Source of the DNA: an uncultured Bacteroidales bacterium
GTDB taxonomy: Bacteria > Bacteroidota > Bacteroidia > Bacteroidales > Muribaculaceae
Direction: 5' to 3'
NCBI GenBank assembly: GCA_947176235.1
Contig: CAMWPM010000010.1
Coordinates: forward strand, 1,523 to 65,522
DNA: 64,000 nucleotides
Shown here: positions 48,383 to 57,529 of the stretch, in pieces
How positions within the stretch are numbered: the stretch's first letter is position 1
Layout: each line of letters opens with the position of its first letter
Notes under the pieces: model-generated
Seen by the model: only the letters and a program-made list of their open reading frames with translations
Told to the model about the DNA's origin: nothing
The model's database searches: none
Made by a program: the position numbers and the translations under genes

Positions 48383-49102
48383 ATGAACGTCAACCACGCC
48401 ACAACCCTATCCCCTCTGGCGCTGCTCATGATAGCAGCCGCCCTCGCTGCATCCCTGCCTCAGCGGGCTAAGGCGGCGGACGAGGAGATGTACAGCTGGG
48501 ATGCGGGAATTTCGATAGGAATGAGCGGCTACACCGGCGACCTCAATTCGGGTAACCCCTTCCGTCATCCGGGACTCAGCGCATCAGCCACCGGTGCCTA
48601 TCTCTTCAATGAGCGCTGGAGCCTGCGCGGAAGGCTCGGAGTGGACGGACTGAGCGGCACCTCACGCGACGTCAAAGGCTCGCTTCCAGGCATTACAGAT
48701 GACAACGAGCTGAAATTCAACTCCAAAGCCTGGTCGCTGACCGTTGCTGGAGAATTCAACTTCCTCCCCTACGGCATCGGCGAGACCTACCGTCATCTGT
48801 CGCGCATATCCCCGTACCTCACCGCCGGAATCGGCGTGGCTATGAGCAGCCCCGGCGGCTCGGCGGCTCTCGCCATCCCGCTTGGAGGCGGAGTGCGCTA
48901 CAAAGTCAACCGCCGCGTCAACCTCAACCTCCAGATGACCGTGACGAAGATGCTCGGCGACAAAATGGACTCCAAGGACATCACTGACCTTTACGGCGTG
49001 AAAAGTTCGATATTCAAGAACACCGACTGGATCACCTCGATCTCCATCGGGGTGACCTACGAATTCGGGTGGCGCTGCTCCACCTGCCATTATGTGGACT
49101 AA
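48383..49102 (+). CDS. small outer-membrane beta-barrel protein
   Basis: A signal peptide and alternating amphipathic strands with Gly/aromatic girdles. It lies immediately upstream of uppS, an arrangement I recall for Bacteroidales DUF6089 proteins; this is not verified. Confidence 0.55.
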   Translation: MNVNHATTLSPLALLMIAAALAASLPQRAKAADEEMYSWDAGISIGMSGYTGDLNSGNPFRHPGLSASATGAYLFNERWSLRGRLGVDGLSGTSRDVKGSLPGITDDNELKFNSKAWSLTVAGEFNFLPYGIGETYRHLSRISPYLTAGIGVAMSSPGGSAALAIPLGGGVRYKVNRRVNLNLQMTVTKMLGDKMDSKDITDLYGVKSSIFKNTDWITSISIGVTYEFGWRCSTCHYVD

Positions 49103-49144
49103 TCACTAAGAAATCACACGACTCAACCGACTCAATTAACGACA

Positions 49145-49891
49145 ATGGAAAAGAAAATACTCGAAGCAATTGACCTGACCCGCCTCCCCCGCCACGTCGC
49201 CATCATCATGGACGGCAACGGACGCTGGGCTAAAGCCCGCGGACTTGAACGCACGGCAGGACACGTGGAGGGCGTCAACACAGTGCGACGCATCACCGAG
49301 ACTGCATCGGAGCTCGGCCTCGAGTATCTCACCCTATATGCTTTCTCCACAGAGAACTGGAATCGTCCGCAAGCTGAGGTGGATGCGCTGATGCACCTGA
49401 TCGTGGTGGCAATCGAGCGCGAGACCCCCGACCTGATCAAGAACAACGTCCGGCTGACCATGATCGGCGACCGCAGCCGAATGCCCGCCGAAGCCATGCG
49501 GCGCCTGGAGCAGTGCATGGCTGACACATCACATTGCAACGGACTGACCCTCGTTCTCGCCATCAGCTACTCCTCCCGCTGGGAAATCACCGAGGCATGC
49601 CGCCTCATAGCCGCGAAGGCTGCCGCGGGGGAAATCGATCCCGCCGACATCACGGACGCAACCGTCGCTGCCAACCTCTCCTCCGCAGGCATCCCCGATC
49701 CCGACCTGCTCATACGCACCGGCGGCGACTACCGCGTCAGCAACTTCCTTCTCTGGCAGATAGCCTATGCGGAAATCTACGTGACCGACATCTACTGGCC
49801 CGACCTCGACGCCGACAGCTTCGGGCGCGCCATCATCCAATATCAATCGCGCGAGCGCCGTTTCGGGCTCACCAGCGAACAACTGCAATGA
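49145..49891 (+). CDS. uppS: di-trans,poly-cis-undecaprenyl-diphosphate synthase
   Basis: HVAIIMDGNGRWA, FSTENWNRP, and DLLIRTGGDYRVSNFLLWQIAYAE. Confidence 0.95.
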   Translation: MEKKILEAIDLTRLPRHVAIIMDGNGRWAKARGLERTAGHVEGVNTVRRITETASELGLEYLTLYAFSTENWNRPQAEVDALMHLIVVAIERETPDLIKNNVRLTMIGDRSRMPAEAMRRLEQCMADTSHCNGLTLVLAISYSSRWEITEACRLIAAKAAAGEIDPADITDATVAANLSSAGIPDPDLLIRTGGDYRVSNFLLWQIAYAEIYVTDIYWPDLDADSFGRAIIQYQSRERRFGLTSEQLQ

Positions 49892-49923
49892 CACTTTTCA
49901 TCCCCACCAATCACTCCCCATAT

Positions 49924-52557
49924 ATGCGCAAAAAGTTAATCATTCTGCTTGCAATCATCAGTGCCGCGACCATGAACGCCTTCAGCCAGACACAGGGCGC
50001 GGTCAACGACACGATCTATAATCCCCCCGTGCTCTATACTTCCATGCCGCGTTCCTACGAGATCGCTGACATCAAGGTGACCGGCGCCGACAACTATGAT
50101 GACTACCTCGTGATAGGATATGCCGGACTCAACGTGGGCGACGTGGTGGAAATCCCAGGCAACGACATCACCAACGCCATCAAGCGCCTGATGCGTCAGG
50201 GTCTTTTTGCGCAGGCTCAGATCAAGGTGCTCAAGACGGCAGGCAACAAGGCATGGCTCGAACTTGCCGTGCGCACGCAGCCCCGCATCGCGTCGATCAA
50301 CTACCACGGAGTGAAGAAGGGTGAGCGCGAGGACCTGCAGGAGCGACTCCAGCTGATGAAAGGCAACCAGATCACCCAGAACATCATCAACCGCGCAACA
50401 GCCATCATCAAGAAATACTACGCCGACAAGGGCTTCGGCAATGCCGAGGTGAGAATCAACCTCACCGAGGATCTTTCGGCGAAGAACGAGATGATCGTCG
50501 ACATCACCGTCGACAAGCACGACAAAGTGAAGGTACACAAAATCTACATCGACGGCAACGAAGTGCTGAGCGACAACGCCCTGCAGCGCGTGATGAAGAA
50601 AACCAACGAAAAGGGCAAACTCATCAACCTCTTCCGTCAGAAGAAGTTCGTTGAGCAGGACTATCAGGACGACCTCAACCGCATCATCGAAAAATACAAC
50701 GAAAAAGGCTACCGCGACGCCAAGATCCTCTCGGACAGCGTGGTTCCCTTCGACGAAAAGACCGTCGACGTCTACATCAATCTCGAAGAGGGTCAGAAGT
50801 ACTATCTTCGCTCCATCGACTGGGTGGGCAACACCGTCTACGAGACCGATCGCCTCAACTGGCTCCTCGGCATCCAGCCCGGCGACGTCTACAACCAGAA
50901 ATTGCTCGAAAAACGCCTAAAGACCGACGACGACGCCGTGGAGAACGCCTACATGGACCAGGGCTACCTCTTCTTCTCGCTCATCCCGGTGGAAAAGAAC
51001 ATCGTGGGTGACTCGATCGATCTCGAGCTGCGCATCGACGAGGGCGCACAGGCACGCATCAACAAGGTGATAATCAACGGCAACGACCGCCTCTACGAGA
51101 AGGTGATCCGCCGCGACCTGCGCGTGAAGCCCGGCGAACTCTTCAATAAGAGCGACCTTGTGCGTTCGGCGCGTGAAATCGCCCAGACCGGTCACTTCGA
51201 CCCCGAAAACATGGACATCAACCCGATTCCCGACCCCGACAACGGCACCGTCGACATCACTTTCGGACTCACCTCGAAAGCCAACGACCAGATCGAATTC
51301 TCAATGGGCTGGGGACAGACCGGTATCATCGGCAAGCTCGCTCTGAAATTCACCAACTTCTCCATCAAAAACCTCTTCCGCCCCGGCACCTACAAAGGCA
51401 TCATACCTCAGGGCGAAGGACAGACGTTCACCATCAGCGCCCAGACAAACGCCCGCTACTATCAGTCCTACAGCATATCGTTCCTCGACCCGTGGTTCGG
51501 CGGCCGACGCCCCAACTCGCTCTCCGTATCGGCTTACTACAGTCGTCAGACCGGTGTCAACTCCTCCTACTACAACAACACGTGGCAGAACAGCTACTAC
51601 GGCTACACCGGCTACGGCTCCTACCTCGGCAACGGCTACAACTACAACGACTACTACCAGCAGAGCTACGAGAACTCCTACGACCCCAACAAATACCTGC
51701 AGATGGCAGGAGTCACCGTAGGCTTCGGCAAACAGCTCAGCTGGCCCGACGACTACTTCTCATTCATGGCTGACGTGAGCTACAACTGGTACAACCTCAA
51801 GAACTGGGATTACCTTTACTACATGAACAACGGTACTTCCAATTCGCTCGTGTTCGGACTCACGCTGCAGCGCAACTCCATCGACAATCCCCTCTACACC
51901 CGCCGCGGATCCACATTCTCCCTCGCCTTCAACTTCACTCCCCCGGCATCCCTCTTCTCAGGAAAGAAAAACTGGGAAAAACTCGCCACCGAGAACACCA
52001 CGCAGTCCAAAGCCGAGCTCTACCGCTGGATCGAGTACTGGAAACTGCGTTTCCGCTCCCGCACCTACACCCCGCTCAACTCGGCTGAGCAGTACACTCT
52101 CGTACTCATGACCCGTGCCGACGTCGGACTTCTGGGCAGCTACAACAAGTGGCTCAAGTCGCCGTTCGAGACCTTCTACGTCGGTGGTGACGGCATGACC
52201 GGCAGCTACACCTACGCCACGGAGACAATCGGTCTGCGAGGCTACGAGAACGGTTCACTGACCCCGTGGGGTCATGAAGGCTATGCCTACACCCGCCTCG
52301 GCGTAGAGCTCCACTTCCCGTTCATGCTCCAGACATCCACCACCATCTACGGTCTCGTATTTGCCGAAGGCGGCAACGCATGGACCAACGTGAAGAAGTT
52401 CTCACCCTTCGACCTCAAGCGCTCGGCTGGCGCCGGCGTGCGCATCTACCTCCCGATGGTCGGCATGATGGGTATCGACTGGGCATACGGCTTCGACAAG
52501 GTGTTCGGACAGAAAGGCGGAAGCCACTTCCACTTCATCCTCGGTCAGGAATTCTAA
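49924..52557 (+). CDS. bamA: outer-membrane protein assembly factor BamA
   Basis: I place the start at MRKKLIILLAIISAATMNAFSQ. An alternative ATG at 49888 overlaps the uppS stop. POTRA repeats are present (YEIADIKVTG..., IASINYHG..., VHKIYIDGN..., LRSIDWVGN..., RINKVIINGN...). The C-terminal barrel ends ...HFHFILGQEF. Confidence 0.9.
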   Translation: MRKKLIILLAIISAATMNAFSQTQGAVNDTIYNPPVLYTSMPRSYEIADIKVTGADNYDDYLVIGYAGLNVGDVVEIPGNDITNAIKRLMRQGLFAQAQIKVLKTAGNKAWLELAVRTQPRIASINYHGVKKGEREDLQERLQLMKGNQITQNIINRATAIIKKYYADKGFGNAEVRINLTEDLSAKNEMIVDITVDKHDKVKVHKIYIDGNEVLSDNALQRVMKKTNEKGKLINLFRQKKFVEQDYQDDLNRIIEKYNEKGYRDAKILSDSVVPFDEKTVDVYINLEEGQKYYLRSIDWVGNTVYETDRLNWLLGIQPGDVYNQKLLEKRLKTDDDAVENAYMDQGYLFFSLIPVEKNIVGDSIDLELRIDEGAQARINKVIINGNDRLYEKVIRRDLRVKPGELFNKSDLVRSAREIAQTGHFDPENMDINPIPDPDNGTVDITFGLTSKANDQIEFSMGWGQTGIIGKLALKFTNFSIKNLFRPGTYKGIIPQGEGQTFTISAQTNARYYQSYSISFLDPWFGGRRPNSLSVSAYYSRQTGVNSSYYNNTWQNSYYGYTGYGSYLGNGYNYNDYYQQSYENSYDPNKYLQMAGVTVGFGKQLSWPDDYFSFMADVSYNWYNLKNWDYLYYMNNGTSNSLVFGLTLQRNSIDNPLYTRRGSTFSLAFNFTPPASLFSGKKNWEKLATENTTQSKAELYRWIEYWKLRFRSRTYTPLNSAEQYTLVLMTRADVGLLGSYNKWLKSPFETFYVGGDGMTGSYTYATETIGLRGYENGSLTPWGHEGYAYTRLGVELHFPFMLQTSTTIYGLVFAEGGNAWTNVKKFSPFDLKRSAGAGVRIYLPMVGMMGIDWAYGFDKVFGQKGGSHFHFILGQEF

Positions 52558-52609
52558 CCGGACTATTACCAGGCATTCATAAAAAATCAATCTAAACCGA
52601 CACTCTGAC

Positions 52610-53038
52610 ATGTACAATAACAACACCAACATAAACATCCAGCCGAACGCGCTGAAGAACATCATCCGCATCGTCATCGGCGTAATCATCGTAATCGTGG
52701 CGATGGCGTTCATCCGCCCCTGGTACAACGTATGGTCGCAGGAGATGGAAGGAAAGGCTGAGTTTGCTAAGGCTGAGCAGAACCGCAAGATCAAGATCGA
52801 AGAAGCCAAAGCCAACCTTGAAGCCGAAAAGCTCAACGCCCAGGCTGAAATCGAACGTGCCAAAGGCGCTGCCGAAGCTATCCGTATCGAGAACGGCAGC
52901 ATCACCCCCACCTACATCCAGTATCTCTGGGTGCGCCAGCAGTCCGATCTCAACAACAAGACCGTGATCTACGTCCCCACCGAGACCAACCTCCCCATCC
53001 TCGAAGCATCCCGCATCGAAGCCCTCCAGCAGAAATGA
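52610..53038 (+). CDS. small N-terminally anchored coiled-coil protein resembling only the C-terminal part of SPFH/prohibitin proteins
   Basis: 142 aa with TM IIRIVIGVIIVIVAMAFI, followed by the A/E/K-rich helix EGKAEFAKAEQNRKIKIEEAKANLEAEKLNAQAEIERAKGAAEAIRI and the tail ...YIQYLWVRQ...VIYVPTE. The codon usage looks like that of its neighbours. Confidence 0.55.
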   Translation: MYNNNTNINIQPNALKNIIRIVIGVIIVIVAMAFIRPWYNVWSQEMEGKAEFAKAEQNRKIKIEEAKANLEAEKLNAQAEIERAKGAAEAIRIENGSITPTYIQYLWVRQQSDLNNKTVIYVPTETNLPILEASRIEALQQK

Positions 53039-53162
53039 CGCCATGCCCCCATCCCGGAATCCGTGGCTAATATTTCGCTTCGGAGGCGCATGACTAAACT
53101 TTTTGACCAACCGAGTGTCTATATAGATAGATAGATAAATCGCAATAAACATCCGACACACT

Positions 53163-53678
53163 ATGAAGAAAACTCTCCTCACCCTCATCATCGCCGTGGC
53201 AGCCACCCTGGCAGCTTCGGCACAGAAGTTTGCTCTCGTCGATATGGAGTATATCCTCAAAAACATCCCCTCCTACGAGATGGCAAACGAGCAGATCAAC
53301 CAGCTCTCACAGCGCTGGCAGAAAGAAGTGGAAGCCAAGCAGGCGGAAGCTGCTACTCTTTATAAGAACTATCAGGCTGAAATCGTATTTCTGACCGACG
53401 AACAGAAGAAAAGCCGCGAAGAAGCCGTAGTGGCTAAAGAAAAAGAAGCCACTGAGCTACGCTACAAATATTTCGGACCGGAAGGCGAACTCTACAAGAA
53501 GCGCGTCCAGCTTGTGGAGCCGATCCAGGACGACATCTACAATGCCATAAAGAAAGTGGCTGAAGAGCGCGGCTACCAGGCGATATTCGACCGAGCTTCG
53601 TCGAGCGACATAATCTATGCCTCCCCGCGCATCGATGTGAGCAACGACGTGCTCGCCAAGTTAGGATATTCCAAATAA
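53163..53678 (+). CDS. ompH: periplasmic chaperone OmpH/Skp family, copy 1
   Basis: Signal peptide, then KFALVDMEYILKNIPSY...coiled coil...AIFDRAS, the typical OmpH layout. Lies downstream of bamA. Confidence 0.85.
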   Translation: MKKTLLTLIIAVAATLAASAQKFALVDMEYILKNIPSYEMANEQINQLSQRWQKEVEAKQAEAATLYKNYQAEIVFLTDEQKKSREEAVVAKEKEATELRYKYFGPEGELYKKRVQLVEPIQDDIYNAIKKVAEERGYQAIFDRASSSDIIYASPRIDVSNDVLAKLGYSK

Positions 53679-53765
53679 AAGCATTAACTTTGTGGCGCGG
53701 TACGCTAAAAGCGCCCGAGTGACTACAAACATCAAGAATTAATTATTCAAAATCAATAAAAAGCA

Positions 53766-54269
53766 ATGATCAAGAAATTCCTTGTCGCAATCATGATTGC
53801 GCTCCCCATGTGCGTCGCCGCACAGACCTCCAAGTTCGGCACCGTTAATCCGCAGGAGATCCTCCCCAACATGCCCGAGTACACCGATGCCACCACCAAG
53901 CTTCAGGAAGCTACCAAGAAGTATGAGGATCAGCTCGCAAAGCTCCAGGAAGAAATGCAGAAGAAGTTCAACGAGTTCAAGGCTCTTGATGAAGACCCCA
54001 ATACTCCCCAGTCAATCAAGGATCTCCACATCCGTGAGCTTGAGGAGTCCAACAAGAAAATCGAGCAGTTCTATCAGACAGCCCAGCAGGACATTCAGCG
54101 TCAGGAGCAGCAGCTCATGCAGCCTGTTCAGGAGAAGATGCTCAACGCGATCCAGTCAGTAGGTGCAGAGCAGGGGCTCACCTTCATCTTCCCCACCGGA
54201 ATGGCTTACTATCAGGGCGCCGATGTGATCGACGTGACTCCCCTTGTAAAGACCAAACTCGGCATCTGA
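53766..54269 (+). CDS. ompH: periplasmic chaperone OmpH/Skp family, copy 2
   Basis: Signal peptide, then KFGTVNPQEILPNMPEY...coiled coil...LTFIFPTG. It is a tandem paralogue of copy 1. Confidence 0.85.
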   Translation: MIKKFLVAIMIALPMCVAAQTSKFGTVNPQEILPNMPEYTDATTKLQEATKKYEDQLAKLQEEMQKKFNEFKALDEDPNTPQSIKDLHIRELEESNKKIEQFYQTAQQDIQRQEQQLMQPVQEKMLNAIQSVGAEQGLTFIFPTGMAYYQGADVIDVTPLVKTKLGI

Positions 54270-54299
54270 TTTCCCCTTACAGAACGAACATAAAACATG

Positions 54300-54336
54300 A
54301 AAGGCGCTGTGTCCACTCCGACACAGCGCCTTTTTT
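54300..54336 (+). terminator. Rho-independent terminator after ompH copy 2
   Basis: AAAGGCGCTGTGTC-cactcc-GACACAGCGCCTTT followed by TTTTATTT. Confidence 0.8.
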
Positions 54337-54775
54337 ATTTATCGATTGTATTTGCCGGACCATGAAAGACTAATAAGCCAATCTTGCTGAGGTGCATAAT
54401 CGATCCGTGGTTTGCGTCAGGGGCGTCATTGATTAAAAGTTTGAGTTAGATTTTGCATTTGCTTTAGGAGCGCGTAATCACCTCAACCTTCGAAGTTAGA
54501 GCGGCAAATTGATTCAACTCCTGCAGCAGGGGCGTGCAATCGCCCGCGTAATAAGATATAGTCAACCACTCCCCCATCGTGTACACACCACTTCCAAACG
54601 ATCCCTCATCCATCCTCAATCACGTCCGCATCCATCCCTGACGCACCTTCACCACTCCCCACCGCATGGCTTCTCGTGTGTCGCATCACGCAACGCAAGT
54701 GCTGATATGCAGGCTTATGAACTCGCTACTTAATTTAGTCATAATTTTCAACTACACTGATACCGTCAATATAAA

Positions 54776-54811
54776 GCAAAGGCGCTGCATCAGAGGACGC
54801 AGCGCCTTTGC
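54776..54811 (-). terminator. Rho-independent terminator after the OB-repeat lipoprotein gene
   Basis: GCAAAGGCGCTGC-N10-GCAGCGCCTTTGC forms a 13-bp stem. On the minus strand it is followed by UUUAUAUU. Confidence 0.75.
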
Positions 54812-54827
54812 TTATAGTAGTATTGGA

Positions 54828-57491
54828 TTAATCAAGTATTCCGCCGAGTTCAATGAGGTTGGTGCTACGGATCTTGAACTGACCGGGACCTACCACATCG
54901 TAGACGCAGACGCCATCAGAGTTGCTTCCGGTGTAGACCACGAAGTTGATCGTGTAGGTCACGTCAACGCCGCTCACGGGCTTGGCATCGGGATAGAGGG
55001 TAGCGAGAGCGCCGGGGAACACCTTGTAGACAAGATGCTCCTTCATGAGCTGAAGCACTTCATCGTTGCTCAGGCCCTCGAATCCTGCGGGATACTGGTC
55101 GATAGCCTTGTCGGCACGGAGGTCGACGTTGCAGTAGTAAGCTGATGTACCGGCATAGTACTCATTGTTGCCGTAGCTCGACACGTAGAACTTACCGCTC
55201 TTGATCGAGGTGTCGCCCAGAGGCACACAGATGTTGTAGTAGACCCAATCCACACATGCCTGATAGAATTCTACCTCGAATGCGCTCTTGGAGGCGGGAA
55301 GGTTGATCACTACAGAGGGATCATACTTCCAGGTGCCGTCGGCACGTACGAACTGGTCGGTAGCCTCGCCGGTGGTGGCAGCGGGAGCCCATGCTGTGCC
55401 GTCGTAGGTGTACTGGGCGCAGACTACGCCGGAGGAGGTGTTGTAGACCACGTAGGTGGTGGCACCTGCCTGTGCGTAAGGCAGAGTGGACTTGAGGTAG
55501 ACGGGGAGGAGCGTAGAAGGTGTGGTGATGGCATCGTCGGAAGCTCCCATGGCGGTGTAGTCGGTGCCCTGGAGAACCTGAGTGTCGGAAACGGTTACCC
55601 ATGCCGTGCCGTTCCACTGATAGAGGGCATAGCCGTTGGTGGATTCAACCGATACCTTCGGAGGCTCAACCTCGGTAAGAACGAGGTTGAAGAAGTTACT
55701 CTTGGTGTTGTAGCTCATGTAGTAGCCGCGGAGCACCACGGTCTTGTTCATCACCTTGTCAAGCATAGCCTTGTCATCGGCGGTGAGTCCGTAGAATGAG
55801 CCGGTAGCTTTCTCGCAGCCTTCTACCGAGAAGTTGTAGTAGGTACCGCTCATGAACGGGGTAGCCTCGATCTCGATGTAGGTGGCGGGGAAGTCGGCTG
55901 AGATGCCGTTGGTGGCGATCTCGTCGATCATCGCGCCGTTGTAGGTGACGGGTGCGGGATAGGTGTAGAGCGATACATTGCCATCGATGGTGTAGTCGGC
56001 AGGACCGCTGATGGCGAGCTGCAGACCGTTGTTGTAGGCGCCTACTTTGTTGTTGGGCACGGTCACTACGTTGCCGAGAGCCACATCGGAGGGATTGAAG
56101 TTCTTGCTCTGGTAGACGAGAATCGAGCCGGAGTTGTCGGTGAGGATAAATCCGTTGGCACAGATAGCGGTGACAATACCGGTCACTGTTGCCTCGTCAT
56201 TCTTCTTCAGTCCGTCGATCACTGATGTGAGCGGGGTGGCGGGCTTCTCCTTGACGTCGGTTGCGAGGATATTGTAGAGCTTGTTCTTGGCGTTGACGCC
56301 CACGGTCCAGCCACGGATCACCACGGTGTTGCCTATGTTGGCGGCGAGAGTCTCGGCGATCGAGGTGCCGTTCTGCTGATAGAGCGATGCCTTGACGTCG
56401 GCAGTCGGTGTTCCCTCGAACTGGAAGTTGAGATAGCTGCCGTCCTGGTAGGGGATTACTGTGATCTCGACGTACTGCGAATTCACGTCGTTGCTTTCAT
56501 TGAGAGCTTCGATGGCAGCGGCTCCGCTCACGGGAGTGGCGGTGGGAAGAGCCACCGACATCGTACCCTCCACGATATAGTCGTCGGAGGAAGCGATTGC
56601 GATCTGCAGTCCCTTGTTGTAGGCGCCGATTGTAGCGTCGGCTATCGAAACGATGTCGCCGAACTTGACGTCGGTCATCTCGAAGCCCGATGCCTGATAG
56701 ACGAGGACTGCGCCGGAATTGTCGGCGAGGATATAGCCGCGGGTGCAGATGCCTGTCACCACGCCCACCACGTCAACCTTATCGTTCTTCTTGACGGTGC
56801 CGAGCACTGAGGTGAGGCGCTCGTCGGAGATGGCGCGTGTCTGAGCCTTGCCGGCGAAGGATGCTGCGGTGGCGGCTGCGGTGCCGAAGTCAGGATTCTG
56901 GGTGGATGTGGGATAGCTTACCATCACATACTGACCCTCCTGCGGATCCTTCACCTGTGCGGTGAGGATGGTGGGCAGATAGTCGGCTGCCGGATGATTG
57001 GGTGTGAACGACTGCACATAGTCGAGCTTGCTTTCCCACACGTAATCCTGGAAGTCAGCTTTGGTGACGGTGTAGGCGGTGACACCGGCATTGATCGCCT
57101 TGCACTGCTCCGCCTGCTCTTCAGCCACATTGTAAGTCACCTTGACCGATGATCCGTTGTCGAGCGCGAAATAGGGGAAGGAGGAGTTGGCGAGAAGCGA
57201 GGGGATGCCTGCCTGTGCCTGCTCTGCCGATGAGAAGGCAAGAGCGGATGCCACTGAGCGTGCTGCAGCCTTTTCCTCGTCGGTGGTTGCCATGTTGACC
57301 AGAGCCGATGAGATGGTGGCATAATCGGCGTCGGTCAGCGTGTAGTTGATGTTTTCCACCTGGGTGATGGCAGGATCGCCGTCAAATCCGTCGAGGTGGT
57401 CGTTCCAGGAGTTGTCGTCGCATGCGGTGAGCATGGTGGCTACGGCTCCGAGAGCGAGAATCGAAATCTTATTTATATAATTCATTTTCAT
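54828..57491 (-). CDS. large surface lipoprotein with two tandem OB-fold-like modules, partner of the upstream TonB-dependent receptor
   Basis: Lipobox MKMNYINKISILALGAVATMLTAC. Two ~195-aa repeats (aa ~224-418 and ~419-612) each start V(V/T)G(V/I)VT.IC..G(Y/F)IL.DNSG..LVYQ. The gene begins 38 nt downstream of the TBDT stop. Confidence 0.8.
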   Translation of the reverse strand: MKMNYINKISILALGAVATMLTACDDNSWNDHLDGFDGDPAITQVENINYTLTDADYATISSALVNMATTDEEKAAARSVASALAFSSAEQAQAGIPSLLANSSFPYFALDNGSSVKVTYNVAEEQAEQCKAINAGVTAYTVTKADFQDYVWESKLDYVQSFTPNHPAADYLPTILTAQVKDPQEGQYVMVSYPTSTQNPDFGTAAATAASFAGKAQTRAISDERLTSVLGTVKKNDKVDVVGVVTGICTRGYILADNSGAVLVYQASGFEMTDVKFGDIVSIADATIGAYNKGLQIAIASSDDYIVEGTMSVALPTATPVSGAAAIEALNESNDVNSQYVEITVIPYQDGSYLNFQFEGTPTADVKASLYQQNGTSIAETLAANIGNTVVIRGWTVGVNAKNKLYNILATDVKEKPATPLTSVIDGLKKNDEATVTGIVTAICANGFILTDNSGSILVYQSKNFNPSDVALGNVVTVPNNKVGAYNNGLQLAISGPADYTIDGNVSLYTYPAPVTYNGAMIDEIATNGISADFPATYIEIEATPFMSGTYYNFSVEGCEKATGSFYGLTADDKAMLDKVMNKTVVLRGYYMSYNTKSNFFNLVLTEVEPPKVSVESTNGYALYQWNGTAWVTVSDTQVLQGTDYTAMGASDDAITTPSTLLPVYLKSTLPYAQAGATTYVVYNTSSGVVCAQYTYDGTAWAPAATTGEATDQFVRADGTWKYDPSVVINLPASKSAFEVEFYQACVDWVYYNICVPLGDTSIKSGKFYVSSYGNNEYYAGTSAYYCNVDLRADKAIDQYPAGFEGLSNDEVLQLMKEHLVYKVFPGALATLYPDAKPVSGVDVTYTINFVVYTGSNSDGVCVYDVVGPGQFKIRSTNLIELGGILD

Positions 57492-57529
57492 GAGAGTTGT
57501 TTGTTACGCGGTTGTGTTGACACAGATAA

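Noticed and set aside
49534-49923. An N-terminal 130-aa extension of the bamA ORF overlapping uppS in another frame.
   Set aside because: The extension is Arg/Pro/His-rich nonsense across the uppS coding region. MRKKLIILLAIISAATMNAFSQ at 49924 is a proper signal peptide.
52402-53266. Two long minus-strand ORFs (52402-52911 and 52592-53266) across the bamA 3' end, the small TM gene and the ompH 5' end.
   Set aside because: They are antisense to genes of a conserved co-directional operon and have no motifs. They cross intergenic spacers and an ompH signal-peptide region.
54509-54733. A 74-aa plus-strand ORF in the gene-less interval.
   Set aside because: The peptide is low-complexity and His/Pro/Ser/Arg-rich, with no promoter box or plausible start context. 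It most likely reflects the C-rich composition of the tract.
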